DNA of 64,000 nucleotides, from assembly GCA_965223435.1 (NCBI GenBank), contig CBDCWQ010000023.1, positions 504,752 to 568,751 of the forward strand, in the 5' to 3' direction. The first letter of the stretch is position 1; every line of letters starts with the position of its first letter. The notes under the pieces were generated by a model that saw only the letters and a program-made list of their open reading frames with translations, searched no databases and was not told the origin of the DNA. Shown one piece after another: positions 34,352 to 46,200 of the stretch. This DNA comes from Myxococcota bacterium. GTDB taxonomy: Bacteria; Myxococcota; Kuafuiibacteriia; Kuafuiibacteriales; Kuafuiibacteriaceae. The translations under genes were made by a program, and so were the position numbers.

Positions 34352-37264
34352 GTGTTGGGGAATGACGGTACGCCCACCCTGCTGGTGGTGGGGCAAGAGG
34401 CATCGACCGAGGAGGTTCTTCGGGCCCTTGGGGCACTCTTGGACCTTGAGGTGCATTGTTTTTTGAGCGGCGAGGGGGTTCTTGACGCGTGGCCCATCGG
34501 GCGCCCGGCGGTGTTGGTGACCGAGTTTTTCCTCCCCGGTCTGGACGCACCCCGGCTTCTTCAGGCGGTGGGGCGGTCTTTCGGCAACAAAACGATCATT
34601 TTAACCCGAACGCAGCCCGCTTTTTCGCCGACGGCCCGGACTCGACTTGGCTTTGATGCGGTCGTTACGCGTCAGGGGGCTTGGCCATCCGCCTTGGCGG
34701 CGAGGCTCATCGATTGGGGACACCGCCCCTTGGATGCACGTGCCCAGGCGGTGCTTGCGGCCATGGGCTCTGAAGATCGCGGTTTCCGTTTTGTGGCGGA
34801 CGCGCTCATTGAAGATCGGTTGCCGCCGAAGACGGCGGCCTGGGCGCTTCGCTACTTGGTGGCTGTTTTTCCTCCGGACCGCGTTCTTGGGGTTCTCGAG
34901 GGGGTTCTTCGCCAAGAGGCCGAACCTCGTGTGTTTGAGGTCGCGAAGACGGCGCTTGGGTTGGCGGTGGGGCTCGGGGGTGCAGGTCTCGAGTTGGTCG
35001 AACTTTTGGCGATGTCCTCCCATGCGGAGCCTGCGCTTCGGGTGCGCGCCATGAGGCACCTTGCGGATCACGCGCCGCCGGGGTGGGCGCTTTCGGTGTT
35101 CGAGCATGGGCTTGGCTCGTCCGATAAAGCGGTGCGTCATGGCGCCGCCGAGGCCGCGCTTGAGAGTGCGCGGCGTGTTCCCGATTTGGGGGCAGCCACC
35201 GTGGATATGCTCCTCGAAGCCACTCGAGTGCCCACCCAGGTCCGGGTGGCGGTGCTCGACGACGTGCTTTCGACTCGGGCGTGGGCCGAGGCCCAACCGG
35301 TGCTTGAGGCCATGGCGACCAAGTCAGAAGAGGCTGTGGCTTCGCGCGCACGCGCGCTCCTTCAAGAGGTCTCGGCCATTGACGAAAAAGAGCTGGCGGC
35401 TTTGGCCGAGGATAGGACCAAGCCTGAAACGCTTCGGGTGGACGCGCTCCGTCTGCTTTTTCGCCGCGTGCGAGGGGAGGGTCTCTCGGTGTATCTGGCC
35501 TCCTTCAGAGGCCATCCCACAGAACGGCTCTGGCAGGTTGCGATGGCCCATTCCCTGACGGCTTCGCCCCGGGATCTGGAAGACGCCATCGAGCATGTGG
35601 CCGCCCAAAGCGAGGCGCAGCAACGCTTTTTGCTCCTTTCGGCTTTGGGGCTTGGTGCCCGGGGGGTGCCTGCGCTTTTGGCGCTGGCGCGATGCGAGGC
35701 GCTCGAAACCGCCGTTCGGGCGATGGCGGTCCGGGGTTTGGGGGTCGCCGGCGACGTGCCCCGGGCTCTCGCCCTTTTGGATGAGATCATTTGTTCATCC
35801 GTTTTGATGCTCGGACGTGCGGCCTTGATGTCGGCCGCACAGCTTGGGCGCGCCGGTGTGCCGGTCTTGGTTCGGGCTGCGCGGCGCGCGGTTTTTCCCG
35901 TGCTGCGCGCGGAGGCGCTGGTCCATGTTTTTGGCGCGGGCGACGAAAAGCGGCTGGTGGCGGCCGTCAATCACGCGAGTCGGGATCCGCATCCCCGGGT
36001 ACGATCGGTCGCGGTGCGTCTCGCGTTTGAGCGAAACGGCGCAAAGTCGAGGTCCCTTCTTGAGAAGGTGGGTCGTTCGGGCCGCCTTCCGATGCAGTGG
36101 GCGGCGCTCGAGGGCGTTTATGCGTTGGGCGAAGCGGGCTTTGGCCTTCTTTTGGACGTCGCGAAGGGTGAATCGCTTGGCTTCGACAAGCGGGTCCAAA
36201 GCGCTGCCCTCAAGAGGCTTTTTCGCTTTTTCGCGGAGGAGCGTGCGGCCATCGTCGACGCGGTCGGTCCCGAGACGGTGCGGGCGCTCGAGGAGGTTTC
36301 GAGCGCGCCTGACGAGGTTCCTCGGCCATCGCCCGAGGGCGCTCGGGGTGCGCCCCCCGAGGACGGTCCGCATGCGGCCGATGAAGAAAAAAGGGAAGCG
36401 GAACCCGAAGCCTGGGAGGTTGCGCCCACCCGCCCCCAAAAGCCGGCGTCCGCCGAGGGTTTTGAAGCGCATTCGGACCTGACGATTCCGGACATCGCCA
36501 AGAGGCCCCGTCGTGGCCAAAGCGATGATGGCGATTCGGAAAAAACGGTGGTTGAAGCATCGAGGCTGAGGCAGATTCGAGCCAGCCTTGCGTCCCGCAA
36601 AATCGACGCGCGGCGCGCGCAAAAGGCGCTGGAGGCGGCGCTTCGCATGGGACCGGACGGATTTCGGGGCGTGGCGTCCTTGGCCGATTCTGAGCGGGTT
36701 CCGGTCGAAATCCGTATCCAGGCGATTCGGCACCTGGGCGCCGACTTTCCCACGCGCCGGGTCCTACCGGTGCTCGAGCGAGGTCTCGAGTCGGGCGAAG
36801 GCGCGGTGCAACACGCGGCGCTCAGGGCCCTGATGCTCCGCGAGGACGCGATGCGCGCGCCGGTCGAAGCCCTGGCCACTTCGGCGTCCCCATCCTCGGT
36901 TCGGGTGAGAGCCATCCGATACCTGGCGTCACGGTGGTCGCGGCCGGACATCAACGCCATGCTGGAGAAGCTTCTCTTAGACCCGGAAGCCAACGTGCGG
37001 CGCACCGCACTCGAGTGCATGTTCTCATCGCTTCGGTACCTGCCTCCGGATCGGGTGGAGCAAGCGCTGATCAATCTTCTCCGCGAACACCGCTCCCAAG
37101 ATGTGAAGATTTCCGCAGCCAAGGCCCTGGCCGCCTTTGGTTCTCAGGCTGCCATCGATGCGCTCGAAGGCTTTGTGGGGATCTTCGCTGAGCCGGCGCT
37201 TCGAGATGCCGCCAGCGAGGCCATCCGGTGTATCCAGGCCCGCGCCCAAAAATCATCGCCCTAG
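34352..37264 (+). CDS. HEAT/PBS-lyase repeat protein (970 aa) with an N-terminal degenerate receiver-like (pseudo-REC) domain
   Basis: The N-terminal roughly 120 aa resemble a CheY-like fold (TLLVVGQEAS...AVLVTEFFLPGLDAPRLL...TIILTRTQP...GFDAVVTRQ), but the acidic pocket (DD) and the phospho-Asp (here Glu) are absent. Numerous HEAT-like repeats follow (VRVRAMRHLADHAP; VRHGAAEAALES; VRVAVLDDVLS; IRIQAIRHLGADFP; VRVRAIRYLASRW; VRRTALECMFS; KISAAKALAAFG). Confidence 0.7.
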   Translation: MLGNDGTPTLLVVGQEASTEEVLRALGALLDLEVHCFLSGEGVLDAWPIGRPAVLVTEFFLPGLDAPRLLQAVGRSFGNKTIILTRTQPAFSPTARTRLGFDAVVTRQGAWPSALAARLIDWGHRPLDARAQAVLAAMGSEDRGFRFVADALIEDRLPPKTAAWALRYLVAVFPPDRVLGVLEGVLRQEAEPRVFEVAKTALGLAVGLGGAGLELVELLAMSSHAEPALRVRAMRHLADHAPPGWALSVFEHGLGSSDKAVRHGAAEAALESARRVPDLGAATVDMLLEATRVPTQVRVAVLDDVLSTRAWAEAQPVLEAMATKSEEAVASRARALLQEVSAIDEKELAALAEDRTKPETLRVDALRLLFRRVRGEGLSVYLASFRGHPTERLWQVAMAHSLTASPRDLEDAIEHVAAQSEAQQRFLLLSALGLGARGVPALLALARCEALETAVRAMAVRGLGVAGDVPRALALLDEIICSSVLMLGRAALMSAAQLGRAGVPVLVRAARRAVFPVLRAEALVHVFGAGDEKRLVAAVNHASRDPHPRVRSVAVRLAFERNGAKSRSLLEKVGRSGRLPMQWAALEGVYALGEAGFGLLLDVAKGESLGFDKRVQSAALKRLFRFFAEERAAIVDAVGPETVRALEEVSSAPDEVPRPSPEGARGAPPEDGPHAADEEKREAEPEAWEVAPTRPQKPASAEGFEAHSDLTIPDIAKRPRRGQSDDGDSEKTVVEASRLRQIRASLASRKIDARRAQKALEAALRMGPDGFRGVASLADSERVPVEIRIQAIRHLGADFPTRRVLPVLERGLESGEGAVQHAALRALMLREDAMRAPVEALATSASPSSVRVRAIRYLASRWSRPDINAMLEKLLLDPEANVRRTALECMFSSLRYLPPDRVEQALINLLREHRSQDVKISAAKALAAFGSQAAIDALEGFVGIFAEPALRDAASEAIRCIQARAQKSSP

Positions 37265-40200
37265 GGGCGCGCGAGAAAGTCGATGTGGGCCGTAACGACA
37301 ACGGGTCCAAGACCCCTGAATCGAAAATTGAGGGCTTGATTGTCGCGGAGTTCTGCGAGTTCTGGTCCCGAAAATGCGCCAACGAGCTTACCGTTCTTGT
37401 ACAGGAGAAGCTCGTAGATGGCGCGAAAGTCGATGCGCTCGAGATCTCTTAGCTTAATAGGAGTGGAATGACCTCTCAGCGTCGCGGTATCGAACGCTAT
37501 CGTCGCGGACTGAAGGGGGACATGGTGTACGTCTAGGGTGTCTACATCGAACTGAGGGCGATCGACCTTCGGTTGGTCGAATACCTGCTGAGCGGCCCCC
37601 AGAGCCAGCCTTGGGTTGAGGAGACCAGGCACATCAGGATCGGTGGATGGTCGCATGGTTGCGCGCAGTACCGCCGCGATTTCGTGGGGTAGAGGGTCGT
37701 AATCTTGTTCCAAAGCTTCAAGCGCAAGGAGCGAAGCAACTGCAGATAAGTAGGGTGGGGTGACCGAAGGCGCTTCAAGTGGTTCAACCGCTGGAAAGTC
37801 TTTCGGAGAAATTTGACCACGGCGGACGACGGCCGAGGTGGCGATATCTACCCGAGCTCCATAGTTTGAGGAGGGTGAACGACGGGCTTCTGGATGATGA
37901 GACATGGCGCTGACACCGCCGACCACGAGTAGATTGTCATGGCGACTGCGTTCAAGCATGGCGGGGAAAATTCGATGGTCGGTCGCGGCCAAGTCGAGTC
38001 CCTCTTCTCCCCACCAAGCTTCAGGGTATCCACCCGCGGCGGTGTTCACAACCAAGATGCCCGCTGATCGGGCGCGATCAAGTATCATGTGGAGCAGAGA
38101 CTCGGCTTGCACAATTTGATCGTCCTGTTCATCGCTCTCGCCTTGTTGGGCGAACGTCGTTCTGCTCAGCGAAATGACATAGACGGGCTCTCCATCCGGT
38201 TCACCCCGATTGAACTTCTCTCGCAAGACAACCGCACCCAAAAGGGCCCGGGGTATAAGCGCATGTTCAGACTCTGTGTTTATGGGTACTCCGATCACGC
38301 CCAGCGTGCCTGGATCTACACTGGCAAATGGGGCTGCAAGTGTGAGTTCCTCTAAGAGAGCTTCGGTCATGTTCTCGCCGTGGGTTTCACCGGTGCGGTC
38401 GTCGATCACGCGATCGAAATCGTCCACAATGGCGACGACGGCCGTTGGTTTCTTGCCGCCTGCATATCCGTGGATGCGGCGAACCATAGAGGCAGGCAGG
38501 TTTTCGAGTTTGGCCAGGAGGTCAGTGGATGTGACCGGCTTCGTGACGGGTCTTTGTTCGGCAATGTGGGGAGTGACCGGACCCGAAAGACCCATGATGT
38601 GATTCTCTGCGGCCTTGCGGTCGAAGTCGCTTCGGATGGCGAGTTCGACAACAAAAAGCCAGGGGCGGCGGAAGCTTTCGGGTAGGGATTCGGTGATGGT
38701 GTTTACTTTGCGCCACAGGGCATGATTTTGGATGAAGGCCTCGAGCACCGCGGACCGGGGGTGCGTGGTGTTGAGTGTGTACACTTCCCAGAGGCTTCCC
38801 TCGGTGGGAGTGAGGAAGCCGACTTGGCCGGTGAGGGGGGACTCGAGGCCGGTCCAGTCGGCGCGTAGGTAGTAGATCTGTTGATTCTCGAACCGGATGT
38901 GGGGGCCGGTGAGGGGGTTCTTGATGTGGGTGGCCGTGTAGATGGGGAGCGTACGGAGGGCGGTTTCGTCACGAAGATAGGTGGCTAGAGGCGGAGCCAG
39001 GGTGGCTTGGGCGTCGATGACGCCTTGGGGGGTCCAAAAAGCGCTGGAGGGTATGTCGCTGCCGATGAACATCGTCTCGAGACCGGTGTCTACTTCGGTG
39101 CCCAAGCTGCCAAGATGACCGAGGGCGCTGCTTCCGGCCAATGCCGCGACGACCAGTTCCTTGGGAAGGCTGACGAGATCGTCGACCAGTTTGACCGCGC
39201 TGGCGGTCGTCCTGGACAAGGATTTGCCTCGGCCAAGGACAAGGGTGCTTCCGGCGTTATCTGGGGAGATATTTTCGGAGGGGGTTTGATCGCCGATTCG
39301 TCGGACTTGGTCACGGATAGAGGCGTCATCGACCGATTGCGTAAAAACTTTGTCGTCCGAATTCGCTTCAATGGGGACGGACTCGGTGTACACCATGGGC
39401 GCTTGACGTCTTTTGGTCGAAGGCTTCTGCTTCAGATCCAATTCTGATAATGGGTCGTTTGCGATTTCTTCGACCACCTGTCCGAGGAGATCACCCAGTA
39501 CGCTCTCGACCGAATCGTTTTTGGGTTTGAACACATCGAGTTCGTCGGGGTTGATTTCCATGGTGACGAGCACGTCGTCCGTTTCGGCCAAAAACTCGAA
39601 AAGCGTTTTGTTTTCTACCTTGCTCCGTATCCAGGGCGAGTCATGCAAAACGAGTGCGTCTTTGAGAGAAGGGGTCGTGTGCTGTTTGGCCGCAAGTACT
39701 TTCAGAATATCGAGCCCAAGATTACGTAGTTCGGGTGGCGCTCCGGCCCAGCTTTCGGCCCACTCCGCCGGATAGAAAACTTGACCGTCTTCGGTGCGGA
39801 AGATGTATTCGATGTAGTCCCCCGGCCTGCCCTTTTTCTTCTTGTAGATGGCGATCGCTACCTGTGCAGGGCCGGTCATGGTGCCAAATGATACCAGTAT
39901 ATTCTTGTGATCCGCATCGAATTTGGCCTTGAGCCCGACGGTGGTCACCGGAAGCCGCATCGGGTCAAGCTTTGCAACTTCCTCGTTTTCTCTCTTGTCC
40001 ATGTCAGAGATTCGTTCTTCTAGCGCCTCAATTACTTGAGAAAGACCTTTGGATGACGCGCCTTCCAGTTCGTTTACGAACTCGCGCGTGACGGCCGAAT
40101 GAACAGTCAGGTCTTTTGTTGCCCCTTCTGGGAGGCTGCCGAGAAACTCTCTGAACAATTGCTTAACGTCGACCCCGCTCAACGAGGACGTATAGCGTTC

Positions 40201-43200
40201 GGGGCTCAGGTTTCTCAAGTAGGCGATGAAAGCCAAGATGAGCGGACGAAGCTTTTCGAACTCTTGGGTGCGAAGGGATCGAAGAATGTAGCGGCAGTCG
40301 ATATCAAACGCATGAAACGGGAAGGCTCGGAGCTCCCGTGCCGTCAGTCCTTTACGCAAGGTTCGCGCGTTGCGCGTGATGATCGAAATATTTTCGAGGC
40401 GTCCCTCCTGGGTGAGAACATCGGTGCGAGGGTCGCCGAGTCGAGCTTCGTTTAGAATGAATGGGTCTTGGCTACAGTAGAAAATGAGAAGGTCGTACGC
40501 CAGAAGTTGAGCGTCTGTTTCGAGTGGGATGGTTCCGGCAATGGGATCAAAGTCTAAAGCTCGAATTTTGGGCGGTGGTTCCGCGGTAGGTGTGGCCCCG
40601 GAGGCGACCACCAGCATATCCACCACACCCCCTGGTTCGCGGCGCTCAAGAATGCTCGTATTCGCGCCGGCCTCAACAATGATGACCGATTCATGGGGGG
40701 GATAAATGCCCCGCCATAGACCGACCGCGGCGCGGGCGGCGTCAACCGATTCAAAAGCCAGACTTGGGCTCCCGTTCGCCACTGGACGAAATCCGGGGCG
40801 AACGCAAAGGATCCAATAGCCATTCACTTTTTGTGTTGAATACAATTCTCGAGACGGATCACAGTGCGCTTCGAGGGTTGACCCTTCGGGCATCGGTGCC
40901 GTGGGCACCAAACCAGACAGGGCACTGGCGAGCCATGGTGTCTGCGACAGCAAGGTCAAAAGAATCTCGTCGGTGAACTGCGCTCCGGCCTGGCCCAGCA
41001 AGGGGATGATGGAAACGCCGTTAATAAACGAGAAACCGAAGGTGGGTTGGTAAAAACGCGCAGGGTTTTGGGCTTCACCCTGATTTTCATCCGTGACCAA
41101 AAAACCGAAGGCCTCTTCCCCCTCCGCTTCCTCCAGTCGAGCCAGACCCAGTCCGTTCACCAAGGCTTTCTGAATCTCGGAAGGGATCTGGCCCTCTCGA
41201 AGAATTCGGTGAAGCGAGGCGGTGCCTAGACCCGACTGGTCCGCGGCGCGCGGCAGATTGCCGCCCGCATAGGTGTGGACGAAACGCCGAAAGGCGGATA
41301 CATTGGCAGCAAACGCATCATCTTGCGGGAGGGGCAGGTTTTGTAGCTGAACGCCTTGGACCTCTATTCGAATCTCATTTTCCGCCAGCGCGGCCCGAAA
41401 AAAGACCGATGACCGACGCCAGTACTGAGAAGCAGACGGATTGAGTGCATGAACCACATTCAGATAGGGTACCCTAAAAAGAACTGGGCCTTCGCCCTCG
41501 TGCGCCAGGATTTCCTGTACGCGAAGCTTGTAGCCTTGGCGAAGCCGGTCTTGGATTTCGGCCAATGGGGCATCCTCGTCGGTGTGCGAAGGCAAAGGCA
41601 TAGGGTGGCCACAGCTCAAGCAAGTTGCTTCTTTACCCCCCTCGACGAAGAATTCGCTCTGACCCCAGCGAAGGAGCGCCCGCAGTTCTTGCAAGACTTG
41701 ATAGGGAGCAAGGTATCCTTCTTGTTTGAGCGAAGCCTCAAAAGCCCCATCGGTGCCAATTCGGGCGGTGCGGAGACGGGCGAAAAGCCCAGACACGGCC
41801 TCGCAGGAAATGCCTAAGCCCTTCTCCATATCGGCGCGGGAGCCCGGGAGGCTCCACGGCGCCTCACACAACGTCAGGAGCTCTCGGTCGGTGGCAGAAA
41901 TCCAGTCGTTTTTGGACCGCGCATAGGTGTCTAACCACTCGGCCGGGGGCACCAAACTCGCCGCTTGGGCCAGTGCGAAACGCAGAAACACCAGGCGGTG
42001 AAAGGTCGTATCAAAATCACCGCCAAAAACGCGAGACACAAGCAGCGTGCGGACGGTGTCGTAGTACAGTGACAACAAGTTTTGTTCTAGGAGCAAAAAC
42101 GCCTTGTCGGCTTGCTCGGGTGCACCAAGAGCCCTGAAACCCGAACGATCTTGGGGTGTAGAGACCAAGGCCACGGGGAGGCCGTCTACACCAAAGACGC
42201 CGTTCGGAAAGATGGCCATAAGTGAAGCCGCCAGTACATCAAAAGCCGCTTCTTCTCGCGCTGCGGGCGTCCATGAAGCAAGAAGGTCCAGCGCCATTTC
42301 TTCTTGTCGAGAATCAATAGGGGCCAATGCTCGTCGGGCCAAGACCTCCATGGACAATCTTGCCCAACGCCGGCCATCGCGAACAGCCACAAAGTGATCG
42401 CGCCAGGCAGAAAAAGACGGTGCCTGCATCAAATCGGGAAACGATTCTAAAGACGAGGCGAGCGACGCCCGATCGGCCCGGCCCTCTTCCTCACTCCGCC
42501 GATCGCGGGATGCCCATGAAGCAAAGCCTTCTTGATCTTGGGCTCGTCGACGATCGAGTTCTGCGAGAAGGGCCTCCGCAAGCCCGACCTCTCCGACCTT
42601 TGCCGCGAATAGGGCACACATCGCGTATGTCTCGGGGCGGTCCGCGAGGTCTTTTTTTCCGTCCGCAAACACCGCCTGAATGGGAGAGAGTCCGGAACCA
42701 TTTGCGCAAAGTTCAAGGAGACGCACCTTTAAGTCTTCAGCCCTACCTAAGAAATCTTCGCCTGCGAGAGATGAGGCTGTGGCCCTGGACGCAAGACTCC
42801 ATGCGAAATACGCCAGGATGTTGTCGTCGATTTTGGCCATGGGGAGGTATTGCACCGGATAAGCGGCAAGGCCTGCACGAAAAAGCCCCGAAACCGGGCC
42901 GGAACCCTCGACGAATAGGACGGTTTGGAGGCTCTGTAGCCCCCGTATCAAGTCTGTCTTCGCATCGTCTTGGCCCTCTGCCGCGAGGAGCAGACCCGCG
43001 AGAGCATAGAGCACCAGCATCTGGGACCCTGTGTCCCGAAGCGCGTTCAGAGGTTGACCGGTCTTGGAATGAATCGCAACCGGAAACCCAAAAGCGCCTG
43101 GTCCTTCCATGTTCGGTCGAAAAGCTGACGCACGGAGCGGCGTGAGCCACGCCGTAGCTTGTGCGATGTCTCCTTGACCAAGAGCGACAAGCGACGCCAG

Positions 43201-46200
43201 TGCCTGCTCTTCGACCAGCGTATAGGGCGCACCATCGACAGAACCAGAAATCAGAAGAGAGCTTGGAGAATCAAAGAGCGGAGGGACACCCTCGTCTTTG
43301 AGGTTGCCTGAAACAGATGTTGAAGTATCTTTCTTCAAACGTTGATACGCCGTGTGCATAAAAGCGCGCGCTGACCCGATGTTAAAGGTCTGCGAATAGT
43401 GAGGGAGAGGACGATTGAGGGCACCATCTTGAGCGTCTAGAAAGTCATGCACATCGATGAACCAAATCATCGCGGTGCTCGATGACAGGAGGGTCGATAG
43501 ATCTTGAATGCGTTGGCTTGAATACGGAAAACCGTGATCTCGAACGAACATTTGAGCACCTGACCACAGACTCTGGGCCTCGTCGTGCAGCAGTTCCGAA
43601 GCCGAATGCTCGGGATGAGCCGCCAAAAAGACGTGTAGACCCATGATGAGGCCCAGAGTTGCCTCTAAGTGGTATGAAGACTCTTGGCGTTCGCTCGGAA
43701 GAATATAGGGGTCTTTGAATTCGTTCTGGAAGTAGTGCGCTCCGCGATAGGTGGTTTCTGGCGGACAACTGGCTTGGTTTAGATTGCAAGCCGGTGGGCC
43801 GAACCCGAGCTCCCTGGCATAGCTGACAACAGTGTAGCGTAGGCACTGCGCCAAACGCTCGACATAAAAATTGTGGCTGGGATCTTCCGGCGCCTGCTCT
43901 GCCAGGTCCCGGTAGTCGACGGAAAGTGACAACCAACTGCAGTTATCGATGGCGCTGTGGGTGCTCGGTTCGAAATGAAGGCGCCCCTGATGATTTTCGA
44001 GGAACGCGCCGCCGGTGACGACCCGACCAAGGCCACCCTCGGCGAGCGCTTTTTCCATTCGTTGTTTGCGTACCGCCTGTCGATGTTTTTGGACTGCGGT
44101 TTGGCCAGAAGTTTTGGCAACAGTCATCGCCTCGAGTTTGGTGCTGAATTCATCTCTCCAGAGCTTGTCGTCCCACAGCGCAACAAAAATGCCGTCACGC
44201 AGAGAGTTTCGCCACCCTTCAAGCTCATTCGTATTGCTCAGGCCGAGGGCTTCGGCATAATCCAAGGCGTGGTTCAAAACCGCCAACACATCGACGTTGT
44301 GCTCCGTCACAACGTTTTGGGCCTTCACCCGTTGGCGAAGGGCTAACCACACCGCCTCGCTGATCTCCCACTCCTCTGAATCCGGATCGGAAGGCCCCGC
44401 GTAGCAATCTGTTCCCGGCTTCGCATGACAGACCCGGATCTTGGGCGGCTCTGTGTAGGTCTCGTAACCAATGGCATCGAGAACGCTGTAGTAGCCGAGG
44501 CGAAGGGTTCGATCCTCCGTAATAGGCACGCCCGCCGACGTCTTCAACTTCCAGGGCTCGGCCGCGTATTGAAGGCCCGCTGTCGTCCAGCCAGCGGTGA
44601 CCAGGGACAGGGCACGGGCGTCCTGGGAAGGCAGCGTTCTTCGGTGGGCACCAAGACCGGCAAGTGCTTTGTGATAGCATGTTTGCAGATGGTCTTTTTC
44701 TGATCCCGGCGGCAGGGCTGCGTAGGCGGGCGAAGTCAGAAATCGGCCGAGTCCATGCACAGCCCAAGCATTGGCTCCGGTCACCAAACGCATGTCCTTC
44801 CAGTCATCGCCATCCGTATTCCAAGAAAACGGCCACCCTAGAATTTCTGATGATGCCGAGTCAGACTCTGCTTTTGCGCATAGGTATCGTGCGAGTGCTT
44901 GGGCACTCGTTACGCCTTCTTCGGTGGGGTCTTTGGCGAACTGAGCCAATGCGATGCCTTGGGTGTAGACCCACACGCGCTCGAATTGCGCCAAATAGGT
45001 CGAATCCGTGAGCGCGGAGGCATCACGGCGGAAGGGATCGAGCGCATACTCCACCTGGTAGCCCCATATTTCGCCTGTCGGTGAATCGCTTTGAAGCCGG
45101 AAGAGTTTCTTGAGGTCGTGCTTTGCGCGTTCATAGTTCCCGCTTGGGTGGGACGGTGACCAAACGGCCTCCGCGTGAAAGAGGGTGTCTTGTCCCTCTA
45201 GCGCGAGCGTAAGCGGGGCTGTTTGGCGCCCGTCAGGTGCAAAAGAGGTGTTGGCCAATGCCGCCGTCTCAAGCCGAAAAGTCCCCCTCCCGTGGTCGAG
45301 CGCAACATGGATAGCTTCGGGCGCTGCCTCCGTCCTCGGGTTCATGACGGGCCCGGGGCCCCGCGAGACATGGCCGGCGCCTGGGTCAGACGATAAAGCA
45401 GTCTCTGAGCGGACCTCCAGCGTTCCGTCCTGAGCGACGGGCATATAAAATCGGTTTTCCGTTGTGGCGGTGACCGAGACGGCGCCCTGAGTTTGACGCC
45501 GGCCTGGGAGGCTGAGGGAAACGTGATGGACCTCGGTGTTCTCCGAGGCCCGCGTGAGGACAATACGGCCCCCACCCGCATCTGAGGTTGGCGCTTCAAC
45601 CCATGCGGCCAAGAACAGCTCATCGTGACCCGCAAGAGAGGGTGCCGTACGGAAAGCATCGGGGGTCTCCCCGTTCGGTTGTGGCATCGCCGCTTGGGGA
45701 CGACGGACGTTGAGCGGGGCCGAGCGGTCCCAGCGGCGTTCGTCTTTGGTGCGAACCACACGAACCGTAGGCTGAGGGTGGGCGTCATAGTGAGCCACGC
45801 CAATTGTTCCTCCGGGCAATTGGGCCAGGCTGGGCAGATAGCCAGAGGAAATGGCTGTCGATGGAGACCAGAGTTGGCCATCGTCGTCTGACCAGGTTGC
45901 ATGAATTTGGTTTTGTTCGAACCCTTGACTCGCAACGGGTCCTTTTTGGAACACTGCGATCAACCGTCCCCCCTCGGTTTGAAGCACCTGAGGATGGGAT
46001 GGCAGTTCTGCCTCGCGCTCTGAGAAATCGCGGTGCACCACCGAAATTTGCCACGGGTCTTTGCGACGACCGGGCGCCGCATCTGTTTTTTCACCGCGGT
46101 CGGCCAAGGGGCGGCGCGCAAGCTGAATGGAGTCTTCTTCGTCCCAGCTCCCCTCGTAGAGGTATTGGTAGCGGGTTCCCAAAGTGGCCACCTTGGTTTC

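Noticed and set aside
34601-37122. Several long minus-strand ORFs (34601..35296, 34806..35351, 35362..35970, 35795..36733, 36118..37122)
   Set aside because: All are antisense to the 970-aa HEAT-repeat gene. They are Arg/Pro/Ser-rich with no domains, a high-GC artefact.
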